Assembly (NCBI GenBank): GCA_964016885.1
Contig: OZ024740.1
Span: 145,452,001 to 145,516,000, forward strand
From: Eledone cirrhosa
Taxonomy: Eukaryota
Length of the DNA stretch: 64,000 bases
Direction of reading: 5' to 3'
Shown piece after piece: positions 13,285 to 24,920 of this stretch. A model generated the notes under the pieces. It saw only the letters and a program-made list of their open reading frames with translations. It made no database searches and was not told the origin of the DNA. Made by a program: the position numbers and the translations under genes. Position 1 is the stretch's first letter. Each line of letters starts with the position of its first letter.

Positions 13285-13368
13285 CCTTCTGGCGAGAGTT
13301 TTTCTTTGCAATGGATGCCGTAAGGACTGTCCATTTATTTTTGAAACTCGAAACCGATTCGGTAAAGG
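13285..13368 (+). ncRNA. Type I hammerhead ribozyme with A6G variant core and long stem II
   Basis: CCUU-CUGGCGA-GAGUUU...AAACUC-GAAAC-CGAUUCG-GUA-AAGG. Confidence 0.7.
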
Positions 13369-13534
13369 TAACCATAGTGAGTAAAGTTAATTTTTTTAAA
13401 TTTATTTTGAAACTTTTTCTTATTTGCTAAACCTTGATTATATATATATATATATATATATTAGAAAGTGAGGTTTTTTTTACAAAATGAAAAATAACCT
13501 AGGTGTCCAACACGAGTGAAAGTATAAAGAAAAA

Positions 13535-13628
13535 AAGATGAAATCAAAAATGCAACTGGAGTCTTATTTAAAAAAATATATATATATTTTTTTTTAAATA
13601 AGACTCCAGTTGCATTTTCAATTTCATC

Positions 13629-13632
<4 letters not shown>
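13535..13632. repeat. Short fold-back inverted repeat between TA tracts
   Basis: aaagatgaaat.aaaaatgcaactggagtcttattt / aaataagactccagttgcatttt.aatttcatcttt; related sequence at 18225-18285. Confidence 0.85.
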
Positions 13633-13701
<69 letters not shown>

Positions 13702-14135
13702 GTAGGATCCAGGGAGGTTACATCCGTAGTAGTAGAGAACTCAGTCGATGGGACGAGTTCGGTAGAAGTTAGTTCTGTGGGTATGGTGTGGTGTACGGTG
13801 GCCGGAGGCTGGGGAGTGCTCGATCGGAAGCGTGCTTGACCGGAAGGGTGCTTGACCGGAAGAGTGCTCGACCGGAAGGGCCAGCAGGTCTGCCTCTCTC
13901 TAGCGTGGTTAGCGAAGGTGGTGGCCGTCAGTTTTTGGAGCTCCCGGTTAATGAGTTCGATTGTACGCACGTGGGAGAGGAGAAACCAGCCATTGGATTA
14001 CTGGTGCCAGCAATAAGCGGTAAGTGAAGTAGCTTTTTTTCTAACCACAAGTTCCACAACAGTTAAAAAACCATGAAAATCCGCAAGGTGAGACGCGCGT
14101 CCTCGAAAATGGTTTATTGACTGTTATGGAACTAA

Positions 14136-14217
<82 letters not shown>

Positions 14218-14762
14218 CATATATACCAATGGGTAGATCTGGCCATTCCAATTAGCAACCATATTGTAATAAGTTAAAGCACTCGACGTTATACAAATCA
14301 TCCATCGTAGATGTGGTATCTAATATTATAGTTATGATTATCCATCTAATATAATAATTATAATTATTCACTCTATGTAAATTATTTACCTCTACCCTTT
14401 ATTAATGCATATAATCTATCGTGTCATGAAGGATAATATTGTATCTATATGATTATTACCATTATCATTATTATTATCATCATCTAGTTTGTGTTACACC
14501 ACCGACTGACTACCTAACTGTCTTCTGAGTTACATGCAAGACGCCGGGATTTGGTTCTATACTTTGAATGATCGGAATTCATTTCCCCGCTCTTCTTGGT
14601 CGCGCCTATCGACCCACATTACCTAGCATTGCTGAGTGTGTATATTCGGAAGCGGCTCGTCACAACAATAACACCGAATGGTGGGCCGTCTCTGAATCAA
14701 GTCTATTCCCATTTTATGTTTGCTGTAATCCTGTTATCAACATACCTAATCTTTTTAATCTA

Positions 14763-14834
14763 CACCTGATGATGTTGCCAAAGTCTTACGTTATGATCTA
14801 CTGATATAACCAGGCCATAGAAATATGAATCGTG
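14763..14834 (+). ncRNA. Degenerate hammerhead candidate in a TA-flanked element (about 14225-14890)
   Basis: CAC-CUGAUGA...GAAA-UAUGAA-UC-GUG; stems II and III imperfect. Confidence 0.4.
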
Positions 14835-14891
14835 ATTTTGCAGCATTCATTTTGCAATATATTCTTTTAATGTTGCAAAATCACAATTATA

Positions 14892-14948
<57 letters not shown>

Positions 14949-14953
<5 letters not shown>

Positions 14954-15701
14954 TGAAACAAAATGAAAACGAAATTTCATTTCTCACTCTTAGTATGGCA
15001 CTTACTTAAAGTGTTGAACAAAAAGGTGACGTGGTTGCCTTAACACCGTATGGCATAAATTCAGGCTGTTCAGTTTGTTTACAAACGAACAAAGCGACGT
15101 TAGCGCCGCTAAACTGATACGTGCATATATGTATGTGTACCTGTATGCATATGTATATATATATGTATATATATATATATGTGCATGCTACTGTACGTCT
15201 GTATACATATATGTATGTACATATACATGCATACTTACATTTAAGTAAGTGCCATACTAAGAGTGAGAAATGAAATTTCGTTTTCATTTTGTTTCAATTT
15301 ATCGTTTTCGGTATGCCTGACCGATTTAACTCACTCAATATGCAAATTAGGCTGCTCAGCCGTTAATTTTCATAAGGAAAGTATATACTTTCGAACGTTC
15401 AACTATCTGGCAGATGGGTAAACGGTGCTGATGATAGCTAACAAGCTTGAAACTAGTACATCGTTCCTGTGTCAGTGTTGAACAAAAAGGTGACGTGGTT
15501 GCCTTAACACCGTATGGCATAAATTCAGGCTGTTCAGTTTGTTTACAAACGAACAAAGCGACGTTAGCGCCGCTAAACTGATACGTGCATATATGTATGT
15601 GTACCTGTATGCATATGTATATATATATGTATATATATATATATATGTGCATGCTACTGTACGTCTGTATACATATATGTATGTACGTATACATGCATAC
15701 T

Positions 15702-15705
<4 letters not shown>
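14949..15705 (+). mobile_element. Non-coding PLE-like element with a partial tandem repeat and 5' inverted segment
   Basis: Direct repeat about 15011-15240 and 15475-15705; inverted repeat about 14949-15010 and 15241-15302; central hammerhead; TA on both sides. Confidence 0.8.
15421..15465 (+). ncRNA. Canonical minimal type I hammerhead ribozyme
   Basis: AACGGUG-CUGAUGA-uAGC(uaacaa)GCUu-GAAAC-UA-GUA-CAUCGUU; 7-bp stem I, palindromic stem III ACUAGU. Confidence 0.9.
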
Positions 15706-15766
<61 letters not shown>

Positions 15767-15768
<2 letters not shown>

Positions 15769-17937
15769 CTCTCGTTCTTCTGCTCCTTCCACCCCGCCCT
15801 CCACTTCACCACGTCTATCTCCACCACCCACGTCCACTTCTTAGACATCTCCGTCGCCATCGACCCCTCCCACCACTCCCTCGTCACCTCCGCCTTCTTC
15901 AAACCCACCTCGACTTCACCTCCTCCCACCCTCCACACACTAAACACTCTATTCCTAACTCCCAACTCCTCAGGATCCGCCGCCTCTGCAGCCGAGATGC
16001 CGACTTTGAGTCCCAGGCCCTTTCCCTAGACAGCCATTTCATCCGCAGAGGTTACCCCCCCCCTCCCTCGTCCACACCGTCCTCACTCGAGCCCGTGCTG
16101 TCCACCGCTCCACCATCCTCACCCACCCACCGTCTCCCCTTCCCCATCACCTACCACTCCTCCACCGCACCATCCTCCGCCTCTTCCGACGACTCCAGTC
16201 CGACACCTCCACCTCCCAGATCTTCCCATCCCCACCACTCCCCTCCTTCAAACGCGCACGCAATCTCCGCACCCTCCTCGTCCGCAGCTCCCTACCCCCA
16301 ACCCACGCCCCTCCCTCCGTTCCCTTCCCTGTTCCAGGCCTCGTTGCAACACCTGCCCCCACATCACCAACACCACCACCTTCCAGGGTCCCAACGGCCA
16401 CTCTCTCTCTCTGTCCGGCACGCCTTCCGCTGCAACTCCTCCAACCTAGCCTATGGACTTCGCTGCACGGAGTGTAGCGCAACCTACGTCGGACAGACTG
16501 GCCGTCGCCTGGCGGTCCGTTTCACCGAACACCTCCGGGATATTCGTCTCGGCGGGAGTTCCCCCATCGCCCGCCACTTTGGCTTCCCTGGACATTCCGC
16601 GCACCACCTCACAGTCTGTGGCCTACTCCAATGCCACGGAACACCCGCCACCCGCCTCAGGGTCGAACAACGCACCATCTTCACCCTACAGACCCACACT
16701 CCCCCCGGCCTGAACTCTCCACCCCTATTCCTTTAGCCTTCAACCGCTCTGTCCCCCCCCCCCCACACACACACATATCCTCCGCTAACACCCTAACACA
16801 CTCCTCCTTTTCACCGCCCATCCCACAACTAACAATACTAACACCCCTACCCACCCCCGACCACCCTCCCCCAACTAACAATACTAACGTCCCCGCCTCC
16901 CCCTCCCCCTATCACGCACAAACCCACCGGTACATATATATACACGCACTCACACTATCCACACACCCTACTACCACCACTAACCCTCACCCACACATCC
17001 ACTCCCACCACCCCACAACTAATACCACTAACATCCCCCCGACCCCACGCACACGAATACACACACCCACCCACACCCACTTACACCACCCACTCTACAC
17101 ACCCTACCACCACTGACCCCCACTAACACACCCGCATTCAACCCTTTCCCTACTAACGCCCACTAACTCATCCAAACACGCACGCACTCATCCAAACACG
17201 CACACACACACCAGTACACTACACTCCCTCCACCGTTCCCCACACCTTTCTCTCCCTCTCCCCGCTCCACCCACACCCCTTCACATACACACACATTCCA
17301 CTAACACCTCTACTAATACACACCCCATCCCCGTCCTCCTCCTCACTCCACCTTTCACACCTACCCATCCTCTCCCCTGTCCACCGCACCTCCGCACACA
17401 CTGACACACTGACTTTCTCCACCTGCCATTCTCCTCTACTGCTGCTATTCCTTGACCCTCTGACCACTTCCTGTTGCGCGCGCACCCCACATCTCCCCTC
17501 TTCCGACCAACACAACCACGGATTACACACCATTGGCCATCGTTTCCACTATCCACTCCATCACAAGGAACACACACACATGTACACCTACACACATACA
17601 CCACCTTCAGCCCTCCCCGCTTGGACACCCCGCCTCCCTCTCCCCACTCCAGCCGCCACCACCCCTACACGCCCCACATCCTTCCACCACTTGTTTATCT
17701 TCATGTTTATTTTTATTTTTATTTTTTTTATATTGATTTTTTCCTCCCTTTCCTCTCCCCCCTTTTTTCTAAATCTCTTTCCTCCACTCACCTACACACC
17801 CTCGGAACTTTCTTCCCACACACTTTTCGCCTGAAGAAGGGCTTATGCCCGAAACGCCCCCCCCCTTCACTCTCAAGAGCGTGAAACTAATAAACCTTTG
17901 TTCGTACTGCCTCTCTGTTTTGTTCCCGTTCCATTTT

Positions 17938-17941
<4 letters not shown>
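15767..17941 (+). mobile_element. Penelope-like element family C, 5'-truncated (RT thumb, Cys linker, GIY-YIG, long C/A-rich 3' UTR)
   Basis: [28 protein letters not shown]; CSRPRCNTC in a shifted frame; [34 protein letters not shown]; stop at 16736; TA on both sides. Confidence 0.9.
17828..17860 (+). ncRNA. Minimal hammerhead motif of PLE family C (cleavage triplet degenerate here)
   Basis: CUGAAGA-aGGGC(uuau)GCCC-GAAACG; copies ending GAAACGUC at 41879-41906 and 61314-61341; stem I weak. Confidence 0.7.
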
Positions 17942-17980
<39 letters not shown>

Positions 17981-17985
<5 letters not shown>

Positions 17986-18193
17986 GTAAACAGAAATAAC
18001 AACACAGTCGGTACAGTATATGGAAGGTATATATTAGGTTAACGCTTGATATAGCAGGAAGAGGGTCTTAACGTTTCGGACGCTAGTCCTTCATCAGAAG
18101 AAAGAATGAAAAATAAAATAGATTGAGGGGACGGGCGGATTGGAATTGGAAAAAAACTAGGGTGGGAGTGAAAAATAGACGGCTGAGAAGAAT
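17981..18193 (-). mobile_element. Short hammerhead-bearing element family D (PLE 3' end), tail-to-tail with family C across a TA tract
   Basis: Matches 12003-12070; contains hammerhead; TA on both sides. Confidence 0.8.
18067..18100 (-). ncRNA. Canonical minimal type I hammerhead ribozyme
   Basis: CUU-CUGAUGA-aGGAC(uagc)GUCC-GAAAC-GUU-AAG. Confidence 0.9.
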
Positions 18194-18894
18194 GTATATA
18201 TATATATATATATATAAGGAAAAGAAATTGAAAATGCAACTGGAGTCTTTTAAGATTTTTTTTTTCACATGACTCCAGGTTGTCACTCAACTGTAGAAAT
18301 GAGTTGCGACGTCACTGGTGCCAAGCTGTATCAACCATCGCATTTCCCTTGAACAACATCGTCGGCGTGAGAAGAGAAAACTTGCATGCATGGGCGACTG
18401 CTGATCTTCCACAGGCACACCTTGCCTAGGCTTGGGCTTCGGAGGGGAATTTTTTAGATGCAAAACCATGGTCATTCGTGACCGAAAGGGGCCTACGAAA
18501 TAGTGGGTGTTGCTATGATGCTGAGGCTGAGTAAAGTGTGTTCAGTTCTAACCTGTGTTAACCACAGCATAGTGCGCAGATTTCTAGTGTGATTATACAG
18601 TATTTTTCATGCTATAGCGCATCAGTTAAACTAAATGTAAGTATACTGTAATATTGCTTAAGTTTATCAATTGATAAAAAGCCACAAATATGTAAATATG
18701 GACGATTGAATCTACCCCATGGTTAGTATTTATTTTCTCCGCTCCAGGAAGATGATATGTAAATTCAACCCAGATAAAACCCAGAACATATAAATAAGGA
18801 GATCAATGCTGAAAGACATATTTAGTCTGGTAATCTGTTATCACCCCCCCCCCCCCACCCCATCCATTTTATGAGCCATTACAATTTAGAGTCA

Positions 18895-19625
18895 GGGTGG
18901 AGGATTGGCAGAGTCATTAGAGCATTGGACAAATGAATAGCAGTATTATTTTCGGCCCATTATGTTCTGAGTTCAAATCCCGCCGAGATCATGTTCGCTT
19001 TTTATCCCTTCGTGGTCGATAAGAAAAGTACCAGTCAAATACTGGGGTCAATGCCCTCCCCTCTCTCTCTCTCTGGAAGAAATCGGCTGTGTTCAGACCA
19101 TGTTTTAAATGCTCAAAAAACGCCGTGTGTCACTGCGGTGCCCTTACGATTCCACGAGGAGTTACGGGTCCATAAAAAATACAATCTATTGCACTTGTCA
19201 GAACACATTTTGCCCTATCAGCTCTACTTAATTATTTCTAATTTAGGCACAAGGCCTGATTCAGAAATTTAAGGCGATTAAATCAAGCCAATACTTGATT
19301 GGTACTTTTTTATCGATCCCGGAAGGATGAAAGGCAAAACCTGCATACGCGGGATTTGAACTCAGAACGTAAAGAGTCAGAACAAATGCTGCGAAACGTT
19401 CGCCTGACGCTCTCACGACTTTTCCGATTCATCGCCCAGTGTGAAGACGAGTAAGTCGCTTAAATCAACCAAGTATTTGACTCGTACATTATTTAATCTA
19501 CCCCGGGAGGTTGAAAGGCAAAGTTGACCTCGGCGGGACTCGAACACAGAATGTAATGAGCCAGAAAAATATCGCAATGGTATTTTTTAAGACGCTCTAC
19601 CAATTCTGCCAATTCACCACCCTGT
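18895..19625. mobile_element. Cluster of three SINE family 1 copies (+ 18895-19050; - 19230-19440; - 19445-19625)
   Basis: gagttcaaatcccgccgag head and ggatgaaaggcaaa...gggatttgaactcag bodies. Confidence 0.8.
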
Positions 19626-19903
19626 ACTATTAATATATTACATGTTATTAAAGTAACCATATATTACTAGATCAGTTTACTGATAAGAAATTGTGATGAT
19701 TATAACTCAAAAATATGTGTAAGTCATTCAACGATCAGCCGTTCGACATGTCAGAATCGTCGTTGTTTTTGTTTCAATTTTTTTTCTTTTTAGATATTTA
19801 TCTTTTTAGATATTTAGTCACGCTGAAGGCTGCAGCAGTGAGTGATCTCCCATCATGTATATTAAACTTTCCAAATATCTCACTTCTTTTGTTTTTTGTT
19901 GTT

Positions 19904-19949
<46 letters not shown>

Positions 19950-19973
19950 GTGGATGCGACCACCCATGTAAAC

Positions 19974-20035
19974 TTGCATATCTGACGCCTGATCAAACCT
20001 GAGCGAGTCGATATCGAAACAATTGTAATATGCAA
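19974..20035 (+). ncRNA. Hammerhead ribozyme candidate with A9C variant core in a roughly 130-bp TA-flanked insert
   Basis: UUGCAUAU-CUGACGC-cuGAU...AUC-GAAAC-AAUU-GUA-AUAUGCAA; 8-bp stem I, palindromic stem III ACAAUUGU, followed by AAUAAA. Confidence 0.65.
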
Positions 20036-20085
20036 TAAAGTTTCATAACAAGCTATAAATCTGACTTCTTATCGTCACTCTCTCA

Positions 20086-20147
<62 letters not shown>

Positions 20148-20732
20148 CGGCGATGAATTAGTTTTGCGAGGTTTTTTATATGAAATCGTGTGTCGAAACA
20201 GATATTGTTATATTTGGGGAGGGTCATATTTGCGTAATATTGCCAGAATTAATAACAGAACACACTCACTGTTTGGTTGGTTTTCGCTTCTCGCTGTCTT
20301 TTATACATATATATCTGCGATCTAACTTACTCGGTCCTCAATGTTGCCATTGACTGACCGGCGGTCAAAAATAATACAGATACAATATAGACACAAACAC
20401 ATATATATAGTTTACATAATTTACATAAATCTTTCGTTGCACATCTGCAACATCGTCAGTGGTGTTATATTCATTGTTCCTCCTGTTGTGTTGTATGTCT
20501 ACGCCATTTTTTTTTTTTTGTTCAGTCTGTCTATATATTTATTTATTTATTTGCTTGTTTGTTTATCTTATTTTATTTTGTCTTCTTTGCGCATGCGTTT
20601 GCGTGTGTGTATAGTGTTATGTGTGATGTGTGACTAGTGTGTATAGTGTTGTGTCTGCTGGGTGACTAGTGTGTGTTTATGTGCTTGTGTATGTATTTAT
20701 TTATCTTATTTTATTTAATTTTATTTACTTAT

Positions 20733-23700
20733 TTATACTTCTCTTAGGTCAGTGTTGTTTGTTTGGGTGTTGTTGTTGTTCCACTCATTCTTTCTGTTTA
20801 GCTTTGGTCTTCTAATTTCTATTTCACTGGCCTCTCTGATTTGCCTATCTGCTGGGTCATTCCTATGTTTAGATATTATTCTAATTTCTATGTTGTCTAT
20901 GTTACCGTCGTGTTGTTGTCTAGCATGTTCGTATAGTACTGACCCGTTTTTTCGTCCTTTTAGTTCCCCCCAGTGTTGGTCTATCCTTTCACCTATGCTA
21001 CGAGCTGTCTCACCTATGTATGTTGTTGTCATGTTTCTGCAAGTACCCTCTGTACATCTTATGCTATAGACTACGTTTCTGGTTTTACAGTTTATCCGGG
21101 GGTTCACCTTACATATGATACATTTCCTATTAGTACAGTGGGTTTTCTTAAAAGGGTAGGTTTTGCTGATCAGGGATTTTATGGTGGTTCCTGGCTTTTC
21201 TACCACCTTTATTTTTAAGTGGGTCTTTCTCAGGGCCTTTCTACACTGGTTAGCTAATTTCCCTCCAGGGGTGGCATCCACAAACATGACACTCTGATAT
21301 CTCTGGTTGTCGTACCATGATGTGGCCTTCCCTATCTTATGTCTAGCCCTATCTAAGCTATTCCATGATTTGCTCCTGTATAGTGGGCAAATTCCTTTCA
21401 TGTCCAGTTCTATGAGGGTCTTATACTTTTCCATGGCTCCTTCGTATACTCTGACTCTGTCTCTTTGGTTGTAGCCAGAGAACTGCATGCGGTTGATGAA
21501 GTGTTGGATGTGTCCTTCCATTTCTGTTGGGTCGCACATGCTGGACACATTCTTCATCACTCGTACCAAATCTGCGATCAGAATATTAAACTTAGACTAC
21601 TGGATATTGCTGAGTTTTTGAGTATCAGGTATTTGGAGGCCATGGGTTTAGCATAGTGTGAGTGGAGAATTTGGGCTCTCTCGTCTATAGTGTTAATCCA
21701 GAGTTCTGTGTCTAATACAGGTAGTCTATTGTTAGGGTGTTTGGAAGGGAAGTCTATAGTTACAGTTATACTCTGGTGTATGGAATTAGCTATCTGCTGG
21801 ATGCTTTCCATCGTGCTACGTTCTAAATCAAACTTGTTAGTGCTCTCTAGTGGGGGTGTTCTTATAACTATATTGATATCGTCTACATAACGAGAGTACA
21901 TGATGAGGTCTATGGAGCTTTCATTAAGGAGATCTTTAAGTCTCCTTTCCCACCATACCATGAAAAGTTTGGCAACATCACCAGCTATGCTGACGCCGAT
22001 GGCTGCTCCCTCATTTTGGGTGTAGATTTTCTCATTGAACTTAAATATGTGGCCCTTTAGGGTAGTTTTGATACTAGCCCCTATTGCATGTGCGACCATT
22101 TTTCTTACCTGATCAGTGTTTTGGGGGGTCCGTATAGCTTTGGTCCACCCAATCCACCTTCCTATGGGAGTCTTTTTAGCCATTGAGGTTATGGTGGGGG
22201 GTCTACCTCTTATAGGTCTACTAGGGCAGAAACATCTAAGGTCATGGCTGTCTAGGTAGTCAGTGTCGTATGTAAGTCTAAGTAGGAGGCCCAGTTCGTC
22301 TGTGTCGACGTCGCAGAACTCCACCTCACTCTCAATGATCATCTCCACACATCTTTTCACAGCAAAATCAATGTTAATGGATGGGTACAGTGACACCACA
22401 TCCATGCTGCCTATTATGCAGTTGGATAGGCTCCTGTTTTTGTTGCACTCACTGATTCTGCTGAGGAGGTCCTCTGTACTTTCACATACATCTGGGGACA
22501 TCTTGATTATGGGGCGTATAACCATTGAGAGGAAGTAGGAGATCCTGTAGTTGCTAGCTATATTAGCTCCGCATACGGGTCTTGTTGGTGGTCCTGTTGT
22601 CGGGTCGTCGACTGTCTTGTGGTCTTTGCGGAGCCCATACAAGGGTGGTATGCCATTGTTAGACGCCTGGAAGTTGTTGGCAGTGCGTCTGCTTGACTTT
22701 AGGATGTCAGTCCACATCATCATGTGAGCGTTGAGGATTTTTTCTCTCCCATCGTGTGTTAGTTGTGCAACTTCGCTCGTGTTGGTGATGTGGGGTTGCA
22801 TTGCCTCGATGTAGTTCGGCATGCTATCTATTGACATCCTACCAGACTTATCTGTGGGTAGACACACTACCTCACCATCCCTTGTGCGCTGCTTGAGGCT
22901 AACCAAGCCTTCTACAGGTTTTATCCCAAGTTGTTGGGCCTCTGGTCTGCTCTGTCTCATAGTGTACCTGTCTACTACTTGTCTAATCTTATTTCTAGCT
23001 ATGGTGAACTGTGCCTCCGTCTCGTCATCTATTTGCTGTGGTATGCAAACTCTTTTATTAAAGGGTAACCTCGTAGGATAGATATTACCCATCTTATATG
23101 TTTTGTCAGCTGGGTTGAAAAATAGTTTCTCTAAGGGGTTGTCGTTATTTCTATCGTCATAGTTGTGTGTGTTGCTATTATTGTTATCATGGTGGTTGTT
23201 GTTGTTTCTATCATTAGCATTAATATTATTATTGTTATGATTGCTAGATGTATTGTTGTTTACTTCACCGTTATTGTTGTTGTTGTTACTGCTATTTCTA
23301 CCATTGTGGTTGTTACTATTATTATGTTTCTTGTTTTTGTTGATGTTGCTACATGTACTATTTCCATTATTACCACTGTGGCTATTGTTGTTGTTGTTGT
23401 TCGTATTGTTACCGTTATTACTACTGTGGTCACTGTTGCTGTGTCTGTGGTTAACGTTTCTATTATTATTATTATTGTGGTTGTTGTTGTTCTGTCTATC
23501 GCTAGTATTATTGCCATTATCACTATTTCTCACTTTCCTGCCATTGTTATGGTTATGGCTGTTATTTCTATACCCAGAGTTATTGTTTATATTACTACTA
23601 CCGTTATTATTGTTGTTGTTGTTTACCTTTGCATTCCAACGTATTTTTGTGAAACACTTTTCCAGCTCCGTTTTGCATTCCATAGGGTTAATCTTTTTGT

Positions 23701-24364
23701 AGATGGCAAATTTTGGTGGTAACTTTAGGATTTGTTGTTCTTGTTCACTGATTAAAGTGTTCCCATAGATATTTACTGTGTGGTCATTGGTAAATTCTTC
23801 CGGTAGTTTTACATCACTCATACGGATGTTGTCGATGTTATCTGGGTATTTTTGAGAATATTCGATTTTCCTTTCTTGTAGTTTTTTCTTATTCATCCAT
23901 TCTAATTTCTTCTTGAAATGCCTACAGCATTCGTTTTGAGCATATTTCGTTTCGCGTCGGATGACGCTCATGAAGTCATCTCTCTCGTTTGCTGTGATGA
24001 GATTTCGGATTTCCTTACCGTTGATGCGTTTTTGTCTGTAGAGTGCGTTGACTTTTGTGTATGTTGTTCTTTTCATATTAACTGTTATTGTGTGTTTTAG
24101 CCGTTCAGCTTGTGTTTTGTTCAATAATAAATTATTTACTTGTTTTGATATGTTTGTTGTGTATGTTTTGGAGGAAAAACAGTGTTTTAAGAAGCGGATT
24201 TGTTCTGTTGTTATTGTAGTTTTTATATAACAGAAAACAGTGTCTTTCAATAACCTTTCAGCTTGGCACAAGCTAATGCCATAGCGGCGATGAATTAGTT
24301 TTGCGAGGTTTTTTATATGAAATCGTGTGTCGAAACAGATATTGTTATATTTGGGGAGGGTCAT
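20733..24364 (-). pseudogene. PLE RT-GIY-YIG polyprotein (about 1200 aa, Neptune/Nematis-like) with a single 1-bp frameshift near 21596
   Basis: LYGLRKDHK, PTRPVCGA, SMDVVSLYPSI, QNEGAAIG, RYVDD, LPVLD, Cys linker, NVVYSIRC..YIGETARSIGERIDQH; cttagactac here versus cttagcactac at 54435. Confidence 0.95.
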
Positions 24365-24920
24365 ATTTGCGTAATATTGCCAGAATTAATAACAGAACAC
24401 ACTCACTGTTTGGTTGGTTTTCGCTTCTCGCTGTCTTTTATATATATATATCTGCGATCTAACTTACTCGGTCCTCAATGTTGCCATTGACTGACCGGCG
24501 GTCAAAAATAATACAGATACAATATAGACACAAACACATATATATAGTTTACATAATTTACATAAATCTTTCGTTGCACATCTGCAACATCGTCAGTGGT
24601 GTTATATTCATTGTTCCTCCTGTTGTGTTGTATGTCTACGCCATTTTTTTTTTTTTTTGTTCAGTCTGTCTATATATTTATTTATTTATTTGCTTGTTTG
24701 TTTATCTTATTTTATTTTGTCTTCTTTGCGCATGCGTTTGCGTGTGTGTATAGTGTTATACCAACAAGACCCGTATGCGGAGCTAATATAGCTAGCAACT
24801 ACAGGATCTCCTACTTCCTCTCAATGGTTATACGCCCCATAATCAAGATGTCCCCAGATGTATGTGAAAGTACAGAGGACCTCCTCAGCAGAATCAGTGA
24901 GTGCAACAAAAACAGGAGCG

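Noticed and set aside
14071-14105. Hammerhead-like atgaaaa-tcc-gcaa-ggt-gagac-gcgc-gtc
   Set aside because: Several core deviations and no stem I; possibly a decayed motif but not supportable
23165-23722. Hydrophobic V/I/L-rich plus-strand ORFs
   Set aside because: Antisense of the Asn-rich PLE segment
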